Below, in pieces: positions 53,245 to 60,600 of a stretch of DNA of 64,000 nt; within the stretch, counting starts at the first letter, position 1, and every line of letters starts with the position of its first letter. The translations under genes and the position numbers were made by a program. The stretch is taken from positions 192,354-256,353 of the forward strand of contig JAWKNW010000006.1 of NCBI GenBank assembly GCA_041391505.1, in the 5' to 3' direction. Under the pieces are notes generated by a model. That model was not told where the DNA came from. It saw only the letters and a list, made by a program, of their open reading frames with translations, and did not search any database. The stretch is from Rhodothermales bacterium (lineage in GTDB: Bacteria > Bacteroidota > Rhodothermia > Rhodothermales > JAHQVL01).

Positions 53245-55239
53245 CTACTGGACCTGTATGGCGATCCGGCGATTCTGCTGCCGGCTGGTGGCGTCTTCGC
53301 CTTTCGAGATCGGGTCGTTCGAACCGAAGCCCTGGTAGCGCAGCCGGCCGCCGTCGACGCCGTTGTCGATCAGAAACTGATAGAGCGCCTTCGCCCGGTT
53401 CGTCGACAGGGTCTGCCGATCGGTCTCCGCGCGGTCGGCGTGCCCTTCGATGAAGAGGCGCACGCCCGGGTAGGCGACGAGCGCCTTGGCCAGTCCGGAC
53501 GCCTGGATGCGTCCGGCGTCATTCAGGTCGACGGCATTGTAGCCAAACCGGATGTCGTCCATCACGAACGTGCGGGGGAGGGTCCGGCCGGGCTGGCTGA
53601 GGAATTCGGCCACGCGTCCGCCGAGGCTTTCCGCATCGAGCTGCAGGCCGGCGGCGTTCGGGCCGAGCAGCGAGGGCGTGGGAGCCGGCGCGGGCGTCGG
53701 AGTGGCCGCGGCCGGCGTTTCCGGCTGTGCGCTGGCTGCCGGCGGCAGCGTCGAGGTCGTTTCGGGCTCATTCGCGGCCATGCCGCTCTCGACGTCGCCG
53801 GCCCACCAGGGGCAGCCCCGGAGCAGGAAGAGGAGCAGCAGCAACGCGATCAGCGGGATGATCCAGGGGAGCCAGAGCCGGACGCTGCCACGGTCGTCCG
53901 CCGCGGGTGCCGGCTCGGGTCGTGCGGCCGACGGGCGGCTGGGCGGCGCGTCCGCGGCACGCGGCGGGGGCGTCGGGGCCACGCGGGGCATGGCCGGCAG
54001 CGTGTCTTCGGGCAGCGTGTCTTCGGGCGTCGGCGTCGGGGGGGCGGCCAGCGTGAGCCGCTCGGTTTCCGTCACCGTCCGCGAGGCGGGAGCAGCCGAG
54101 AGGTCGACCCCGTAGGCCGATGCGTATCCCGGCATCGCGCTCATGAAGATGCGGATGTACCGCTCGGCGTCGGCCTCGCTGGCGAAATACCGGCTGCGCG
54201 CGATCTGCTGGCGATTCCCGGCGAGGATGACGAAATAGTACTGCCCGTCCTGCTCCTTGACCTGGTAGGACTCGCGGTTCGCGCTGTTCTTGATGATCGA
54301 CGCGATGCCGTTGTCGCGGCTTTTCCCGTTGCGATAGCCCTGGCTGAACAGCAGTGCGTTGCCGGCGTCGTCGTTGAAATGGAAGTAGTGCGCCTTCGTG
54401 TCGTCGTTTCGGAACGACTCGAAGCCGGGTTGCCCCGAGCTGGAGGCGCGTGTGAGCACGTACGAATCCGCCGGCGAAGTACGGGTGCGCGGCGCCGGCT
54501 TTTCGATGGCGGCGAGCGCGGCCGGCGCCATCGCCATCACCGTCTCTACCGCGCGGGAGCGATCAGCCTCGCTGCCGAATGAGCGGCTGCGCGCAATCTC
54601 GTTGCCGTTGCGCGCTTTCAGGATGAAAAAGTACGCGCCGTCCTCCTCGCGCATTTCGTAGCGCTGCTCCATCGAGGCGCTTTCGAGGACCGCAATGAGC
54701 CGCTTGTCGCGCTGCGATGCCGCGTTAAAACCGCGGCTGTACAGCAGGGCTAGTCCGGCTGCATCATTGATGTGGAAATAGTGCTGGTTATCGTCTTCGT
54801 TCTGGAAGGATTCCGGACCCGATTGGCCCGAACGGGACCTGCGTTCGAAGCGGTACAGGGAGGCGATGTCGCTTGCGCCAAACTGTAAAAACGCCGGCCC
54901 CCGGCGCGTCACCTCCGTCGTGCGGGAGATGAGCACTTCGTACTCGGAGTGGTTCCGGGCGGCATCGACGAGGCTATCGAGGCGCTGCCGGGCCGCGTCG
55001 GCGGAAAGCGACGCGCTCTGCGCCAGGGTGCGGCCGGCGGCGTCCTGCAGGGTCAGCCGCCCCCCCGACACGGTGAAGCGGTCGGCATCCGGCAGCGCCG
55101 CGATGACCTGCCGGATTGCTTCGGTGCAGGCCTCGACGGAGGCGAAGCCGGCGCCGGTGAGCAGCGTATCGCCGCGGTCGGATTGAAGATCGAACTGAAA
55201 GGAACGATTCGACGCGTTCTGGGCTATCTGGAAACGCAT
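53245..55239 (-). CDS. YegP/DUF1508-repeat protein with a single TM and a C-terminal OmpA/MotB peptidoglycan-binding domain
   Basis: Start at the ATG at 55239 (MRFQIAQ...); the track uses the GTG at 55266. Repeated DUF1508-like units (HYFHINDAAGLALLYSRGF, YFFILKARNGNEIARSRSF, HYFHFNDDAGNALLFSQGY, YYFVILAGNRQQIARSRYF). Pro-rich linker. TM LWLPWIIPLIALLLLLFLL. OmpA_C motif IEGHADRAETD...STNRAKAL. Confidence 0.8.
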   Translation of the reverse strand: MRFQIAQNASNRSFQFDLQSDRGDTLLTGAGFASVEACTEAIRQVIAALPDADRFTVSGGRLTLQDAAGRTLAQSASLSADAARQRLDSLVDAARNHSEYEVLISRTTEVTRRGPAFLQFGASDIASLYRFERRSRSGQSGPESFQNEDDNQHYFHINDAAGLALLYSRGFNAASQRDKRLIAVLESASMEQRYEMREEDGAYFFILKARNGNEIARSRSFGSEADRSRAVETVMAMAPAALAAIEKPAPRTRTSPADSYVLTRASSSGQPGFESFRNDDTKAHYFHFNDDAGNALLFSQGYRNGKSRDNGIASIIKNSANRESYQVKEQDGQYYFVILAGNRQQIARSRYFASEADAERYIRIFMSAMPGYASAYGVDLSAAPASRTVTETERLTLAAPPTPTPEDTLPEDTLPAMPRVAPTPPPRAADAPPSRPSAARPEPAPAADDRGSVRLWLPWIIPLIALLLLLFLLRGCPWWAGDVESGMAANEPETTSTLPPAASAQPETPAAATPTPAPAPTPSLLGPNAAGLQLDAESLGGRVAEFLSQPGRTLPRTFVMDDIRFGYNAVDLNDAGRIQASGLAKALVAYPGVRLFIEGHADRAETDRQTLSTNRAKALYQFLIDNGVDGGRLRYQGFGSNDPISKGEDATSRQQNRRIAIQVQ

Positions 55240-55571
55240 GGGAGGACGGATGGATGATCGAAACACGCACGAAGGACGGCGCGGTATGGGAGCGTCGTCC
55301 GGTTGGGAGGCGATTCCGTGCGTGGGTCAAATCGAAATGCGCCATGGCCTGATTTTATGAAGATTATCTCGTTTGTGCAATGTGAAACTCCTCCAACATT
55401 TGATAATGCATGCCGGCCCGGGATCTTATCTTCCGCCAGCGAACGGGCGGGGCTCGTTCGGCTATCGCAATCCATCATCGAACCGAAAGCGCGCCTTCCT
55501 GCACGAGCCGGCCCGGATCCGAATACGGGTGTCGGGCGACGTTCGGCGGGCGCACAGGGAAAACAGGGATT

Positions 55572-56045
55572 ATGGCAAAAGCAGCGAAGATGCCCGATGC
55601 GGGCGACAGGGCGCCGGCATTCGAAGGAATCACGCAGGAAGGAAACCCGCTCAGCCTCGCCGGCTATCGCGGGCGCAAGGTAGCGCTCTTCTTTTATCCC
55701 GAGGACGATACGCCGGTATGCACGCGCCAGGCCTGCAATCTGCGCGACGGGTATCATCGGCTTCTGGATGCCGGCATCGCGGTCATCGGCGTCTCGCCGG
55801 ATACGACCGACAAGCACGACGCCTTCACGGCCAAATACGATCTGCCGTTTCCGCTCGTCGCAGATCCCGACAAAAAGATCCTCAACGCCTACGGGGTCTG
55901 GGGAGAAAAGAACATGTACGGCAAGACCGTCGTCGGCGTGAAACGAACGACCTTTCTGATCGATGAAAAAGGCGTCGTCGCGCACGTGTTCAAACGTCCG
56001 AAAGTGGACAATCACGCGACGGAGATCATCGAGAAGTTCAGCTGA
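55572..56045 (+). CDS. bcp: thioredoxin-dependent peroxiredoxin Bcp
   Basis: The ATG at 55572 gives MAKAAKMPDAGDRAPAF. Active-site FFYPEDDTPVCTRQAC (CxxxxC). Confidence 0.9.
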   Translation: MAKAAKMPDAGDRAPAFEGITQEGNPLSLAGYRGRKVALFFYPEDDTPVCTRQACNLRDGYHRLLDAGIAVIGVSPDTTDKHDAFTAKYDLPFPLVADPDKKILNAYGVWGEKNMYGKTVVGVKRTTFLIDEKGVVAHVFKRPKVDNHATEIIEKFS

Positions 56046-56054
56046 GGCGCCGGC

Positions 56055-56468
56055 TCAGCGGCCCCAGCGCAGGATGTAGGGCGCGGTGCCGTCCGGGACG
56101 TGTAGGGCGATGACGTTCGCGCCGCGCACGGGCAGAGGCAGCGGGAGATGCAGTTCGTCCGTCAGTTCGGCGTCGCACGTGTCGTCGCCGTCCTTGTGCG
56201 CGATCCAGATATGGGCGGTATCCGGGCGGACGGCGTAGCCCAGCTCGAACTGATGATCCGCGCAGCCTCCGATGTAGGACAGCGTGGTCAGCAGACGGTC
56301 CCCATGCAGGCGCGGAGGAACGTCGGGTCCGCCGGGCGAGTCGTTCAGGATGATTTCGTACGGCGCGCCGTAGGCCGGCGCCACTGGCGCGGGCTCGCAC
56401 CCGGACGCCAGCACGGCGATCGACAGAAACGCGTAGAGTCCGAACGATTTGCTATTTTGACGCATCAT
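56055..56468 (-). CDS. small lipoprotein, hypothetical
   Basis: C-terminal 137 aa of the 56055..57965 ORF, from the ATG at 56468. Lipobox LASGC. The upstream part of that ORF is antisense to gatB and is rejected. Confidence 0.5.
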   Translation of the reverse strand: MMRQNSKSFGLYAFLSIAVLASGCEPAPVAPAYGAPYEIILNDSPGGPDVPPRLHGDRLLTTLSYIGGCADHQFELGYAVRPDTAHIWIAHKDGDDTCDAELTDELHLPLPLPVRGANVIALHVPDGTAPYILRWGR

Positions 56469-56483
56469 AGCGGAAGATAACGC

Positions 56484-57959
56484 ATGCGACACGAAAAGTA
56501 CGAGGCCGTAATCGGTCTGGAAGTTCACTGTCAGCTGTCGACCGACTCCAAGGCGTTCAGCCCGGAGTCCGCGGCCTTCGGCGCGGAGCCGAACCAGCAT
56601 GTCGATCCGGTGAGTCTGGGGCATCCGGGCACGTTGCCGGTGCTGAACGACCGTGTGGTGCCGTACAGCGTTCGCATGGGCCTGGCCACTCACTGTGCCA
56701 TCGCGCCGCGTTCCGAACTCGCTCGGAAACACTACTTTTATCCCGACCTCCCCAAAGGGTACCAGATTTCGCAGTACGATACGCCGATCTGCGCTAACGG
56801 GCACCTCGATCTGGTGGATCCGGATCAGCCCGACGCGCCGGCGCGCCGCATCGGCATCACCCGGATCCATATCGAAGAGGATGCCGGAAAATCCGTGCAC
56901 GACCTGGATGTCGTGGATACGCTGCTCGACTACAACCGCTGCGGCGTGCCCCTCATCGAAATCGTGTCCGAGCCGGACATCCGCACGCCGCGGGAAGCCT
57001 TTCTTTATCTCCAGAAGATCCGGCAGATCGTTCGTTATCTCGGGATTTGCGACGGCAACATGGAAGAAGGCTCGCTCCGCTGCGACGCCAACGTATCGGT
57101 CCGCCTCCGGGGCGAAACGGCCCTGGGTACGAAGACCGAAATCAAAAACATGAACTCGTTCCGGAATGTCGAACGCGCCATCGAGTATGAGATCGGCCGG
57201 CAGATCGACGTCCTGGAATCGGGTGGATCGATCCGTCAGGAGACGCTGCTCTGGGATGCCGGCAGCCTGGAAACGCGGTCGATGCGCTCCAAGGAGTTCG
57301 CGCACGACTACCGCTATTTCCCCGATCCCGATCTGGTCCCCATCGTCGTGGATGCCGAGCGGCTGGCCGAACTCGCCGCCTCGCTCCCCGAACTTCCGGA
57401 GGCCCGGCGGGCGCGGTACGTCGAACAGCTGGGCCTGCCGCTCTACGATGCGGAGGTGCTCACGGAAGAACGCGCCGTGGCCGACTATTTCGAGGACGTC
57501 CTGGCTGCGCTGGCGCCCGCCGGCGATGCCGGCGCCAAGACCGCCTCGAACTTCGTGATGACGCAGGTGCTGCGCGCGCTCAACGAGTGGGGCATCGAAA
57601 TGGCGGCGTTTCCGATCGAGCCGGCGCGTCTCGCGGGCCTCATCCGGCTGCGGTTGGACGACCGGATCAATTCCTCGGCGGCCCAGGAGGTGTTCGACGC
57701 GATGCTGGCGTCGCCTGAAGACGCCCCGGCCATCGCGGCGGCCCGCAACCTCCTGCAGGTGTCCGACGCCGGCGCGCTGCTGCCGATCGTGATCGAGGTG
57801 CTCGACGCCAATCCGAAGGAGCTGGCGGCCTATATGGGCGGAAAGGAAGGCCTGATCGGTTTTTTTGTCGGGCAGGTCATGCGCCGCTTCCCCGGTTCGC
57901 CGGACCCGAAAGTCGTGCGCGCGGTCATCGCAGAACAGGTTGCGGCCCGGAACGTATAG
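56484..57959 (+). CDS. gatB: Asp-tRNA(Asn)/Glu-tRNA(Gln) amidotransferase subunit B
   Basis: 491-aa ORF. YEAVIGLEVHCQL opening, DANVSVR, and a YqeY-like C-terminal domain. Confidence 0.95.
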   Translation: MRHEKYEAVIGLEVHCQLSTDSKAFSPESAAFGAEPNQHVDPVSLGHPGTLPVLNDRVVPYSVRMGLATHCAIAPRSELARKHYFYPDLPKGYQISQYDTPICANGHLDLVDPDQPDAPARRIGITRIHIEEDAGKSVHDLDVVDTLLDYNRCGVPLIEIVSEPDIRTPREAFLYLQKIRQIVRYLGICDGNMEEGSLRCDANVSVRLRGETALGTKTEIKNMNSFRNVERAIEYEIGRQIDVLESGGSIRQETLLWDAGSLETRSMRSKEFAHDYRYFPDPDLVPIVVDAERLAELAASLPELPEARRARYVEQLGLPLYDAEVLTEERAVADYFEDVLAALAPAGDAGAKTASNFVMTQVLRALNEWGIEMAAFPIEPARLAGLIRLRLDDRINSSAAQEVFDAMLASPEDAPAIAAARNLLQVSDAGALLPIVIEVLDANPKELAAYMGGKEGLIGFFVGQVMRRFPGSPDPKVVRAVIAEQVAARNV

Positions 57960-57988
57960 GAGCATCCCACCACGTGTCTCGATCGAAC

Positions 57989-59386
57989 ATGAAGTCCCCA
58001 GAAAACCCCATGCGCTGTAGAGGAACGGTTGCGCTCCTCACTATTGTCGCCATCGTCCTTGCCGGCTGCGGAGATCGCGGCGGCGCTCGGACCGGGGCCT
58101 CGGCGGTCCGGAGCCATTTCGACGGCAAGATCATGCTGAGCGCCGCCGTGGACAGCACGCAAGACTACCGCGGATTCGAGGTGCTGATCGCCGACGGCAT
58201 GCCGGGGACCTGGGACACGCTGGCCTATGCGGTCACCGGCCCGGATGGCCAGGTGACCCTGGATGTCGGCGCCCCGAGGGCGGACATCTTCACGCTCCAG
58301 ATCAGCCGCGACGGCTCACCCCTCGTGCGCGACGAGATCGTCATCGCCGACGGCGACTCGGCGACCGCCTCCATCACATTTCCGCTCGGCAGCCGGCCCA
58401 TCCTGATCCGCTCCAGGGAAAACGCGGTGTTGATGGGGTTCAAAAATACCCTGGCCACCCACGCCATGGCGATCCAGGAGTTGCAACAAGCCGGCGAAAC
58501 CGACCCCGTACGTTATACCAACCGGATCCTGCAAAGCGCTGAGGTGCTGTGGACCCTCGGCGAGGGCAATCCCGGCACGATCGCCGGCGAGCTGGCCTCC
58601 TCGCAATCCATTCTGCTGCTCCAGGATGTCGACGACTCGCTGCTCGTGGCGCGGGCGCGGACGATCGATCAGGAAAATCCGAATTTCCAGGCCGTCGTGG
58701 AGTCGGCGCGGCGCGCCGAGATGCAGATGAACGGGTCCGAAGCCGCCGTCACCCTCATGAAGTCGTTTCTCGATCGCGTCACCGAGCCCGGGCCGCGCGT
58801 GGCCGTCATGACCGAGCTGGTCATCGCCTACCGGGATAACTTGCAGGTGGACGACGCCGTGGCGCTGGCGGAGCAGGTCAAGACCGAGTTTCAAGACAGC
58901 ACGGTGGGCGCCTGGGCCGACCGCGCCCTGTACGATCTCCAGAAACTGATGCCCGGCATGCCGGCGCCCGATTTCCGCGCGGTCACGATCACCGGAGACA
59001 CGGTGTCGCTGGCCAGCTTCAGGGGGCGGCCGCTGCTGATCGAGTTTTATGCTCCGGGGCAGGCCTTTGCCCGCGAACTCGGGGCGCGCAACGCCTTTTA
59101 TCGCGCCGACGTGGAGGGTGCCGACCGGTTCGAGATCCTGTCCTTTTCCCTCCAGCCGGATCAGGACCTCAACGCGGCGTTTTTCGAAGATCGCGACATC
59201 CCCGGCGTGCACGTCTTCCTGACGGACGGCGGCGCGGCTCCGGTCGTCGCGGCGTACAACATCAATCTCCTTCCAACCCGGTTTCTGATCGACGCCGAAG
59301 GCAAGATCGTCGGAAAGTATGTGCGCGACAATGCGGTGCAGGCTTTCCAGGATGCGCTGAGCGTATCGATGCGTCGACCGAGCTGA
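57989..59386 (+). CDS. lipoprotein with C-terminal TlpA/redoxin-like thioredoxin fold lacking the CxxC motif
   Basis: The ATG at 57989 gives the lipobox VLAGC (the track uses the GTG at 57974). The C-terminal FRGRPLLIEFYAPGQAFAREL...LPTRFLIDAEGKIV aligns to the TlpA pattern, but WCxxC is replaced by PGQAF. Confidence 0.7.
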   Translation: MKSPENPMRCRGTVALLTIVAIVLAGCGDRGGARTGASAVRSHFDGKIMLSAAVDSTQDYRGFEVLIADGMPGTWDTLAYAVTGPDGQVTLDVGAPRADIFTLQISRDGSPLVRDEIVIADGDSATASITFPLGSRPILIRSRENAVLMGFKNTLATHAMAIQELQQAGETDPVRYTNRILQSAEVLWTLGEGNPGTIAGELASSQSILLLQDVDDSLLVARARTIDQENPNFQAVVESARRAEMQMNGSEAAVTLMKSFLDRVTEPGPRVAVMTELVIAYRDNLQVDDAVALAEQVKTEFQDSTVGAWADRALYDLQKLMPGMPAPDFRAVTITGDTVSLASFRGRPLLIEFYAPGQAFARELGARNAFYRADVEGADRFEILSFSLQPDQDLNAAFFEDRDIPGVHVFLTDGGAAPVVAAYNINLLPTRFLIDAEGKIVGKYVRDNAVQAFQDALSVSMRRPS

Positions 59387-59424
59387 CCGTTTCCTTCACA
59401 CCACCAAAACGAATCCATCCGCCT

Positions 59425-60192
59425 ATGTTTATCGCCGGCAACTGGAAAATGAACACCGATGTCAGCAGCGCCGGCGCGCTGGCGGCATCGATCTGCGATC
59501 GGGTAGCCGCGGGCACGCGCACGCGCGTCGCCGTATGCCCGCCGTATGTGAGTCTGGAGTCGGTCGGGCGCACGCTCGATCAGAAGGCCTCGCCGGTGAA
59601 GCTGGGCGCGCAGGACATGCATTTCGAGGATAACGGCGCGTTTACGGGCGCCATCTCGGCCTCGATGCTCGCCTCGGTCGGCTGCACCTATGTCATCCTG
59701 GGTCACTCGGAGCGCCGTCAGTTCTTCGGCGAAACCGACGAGACGGTGAACCGCAAGGTGTTGAAGGCGATGGGCGCGGGCCTGATCCCAATCGTGTGTA
59801 TCGGCGAGACGCTGGAAGAGCGCGAGGCGGGCGAGGTGGAGGAAGTCGTGGGCAGGCAGGTCCGCGCCGGTCTCGCCGGCGTATCCGTCGACAGCGCGGA
59901 TCGGCTGGTGCTGGCGTACGAACCGGTATGGGCCATCGGCACCGGCCGCACGGCATCGCCGGAGCAGGCCCAGGATGTCCACGCCTTTATTCGGGGGCTG
60001 CTGATCAACCAGTTCGGCGAGGCCACGGGCCGCGCCATCCACATCCTCTACGGCGGCAGCATGAAGCCGTCCAACGCGGAAGAACTGCTGGGCCAGAAAG
60101 ACGTGGATGGCGGCCTGATCGGCGGCGCCAGTCTGAAAGCCGACGACTTCTACGGCATCATCGCGGCCGCTGAGGCCGTGGGACGCAAGTAG
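59425..60192 (+). CDS. tpiA: triose-phosphate isomerase
   Basis: 255-aa ORF. FIAGNWKMN, ILGHSERR and AYEPVWAIGTG motifs. Confidence 0.95.
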   Translation: MFIAGNWKMNTDVSSAGALAASICDRVAAGTRTRVAVCPPYVSLESVGRTLDQKASPVKLGAQDMHFEDNGAFTGAISASMLASVGCTYVILGHSERRQFFGETDETVNRKVLKAMGAGLIPIVCIGETLEEREAGEVEEVVGRQVRAGLAGVSVDSADRLVLAYEPVWAIGTGRTASPEQAQDVHAFIRGLLINQFGEATGRAIHILYGGSMKPSNAEELLGQKDVDGGLIGGASLKADDFYGIIAAAEAVGRK

Positions 60193-60214
60193 TCCGGTAC
60201 CCGGTCAGGGGCCG

Positions 60215-60514
60215 TCAGTCGCTCGAGGCGGGCGACGAGGCGCTGCTGGCCGGCTTATTTTCGGTCGAAGAACTCGACGCATCGGAAGCGCCGGTCGTGG
60301 AGGAGGAGGCGCTCTTCTTCCCGCCGGCGTTTCCGCTTCGGGCGTAGTCCGTAAGGTAAAAACCGCTCCCCTTGAACACGAGTCCGCCGGCGCCCCGGAT
60401 GATCCGTTTTACGGGCTGGCCGGTTTCCGGGCAGGTTGTAAGAGGAGCTTCCGTAATCCGCTGATCGATCTCGAAGATCGTCCCGTCTTCACGTTTGTAC
60501 GTATACGTTGGCAT
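60215..60514 (-). CDS. FmdB-family zinc-ribbon-like protein (cysteine-depleted) with Ser-rich tail
   Basis: The ATG at 60514 gives MPTYTYKREDGTIFE...CPETGQPVKRI...KGSGFYLTDYA, matching the FmdB pattern MPxYEYxCxxCG...CPxCG...GSGFY with 3 of 4 Cys replaced. Confidence 0.6.
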   Translation of the reverse strand: MPTYTYKREDGTIFEIDQRITEAPLTTCPETGQPVKRIIRGAGGLVFKGSGFYLTDYARSGNAGGKKSASSSTTGASDASSSSTENKPASSASSPASSD

Positions 60515-60600
60515 ACCGTGCAACCTGGTTTACTGCTGCGATTCACTATGACGCATGAACCCGGAGAACGCGGGTGAGGTTTCACGGCGGCCTCGGCGGT

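Noticed and set aside
56040-56062. Inverted repeat GCTGAG-N7-CTCAGC spanning the two stop codons of convergent bcp and the small lipoprotein gene
   Set aside because: The stem is only 6 bp with no flanking T-tracts. That is too weak to call a terminator, although the 9-nt convergent spacing is noted.
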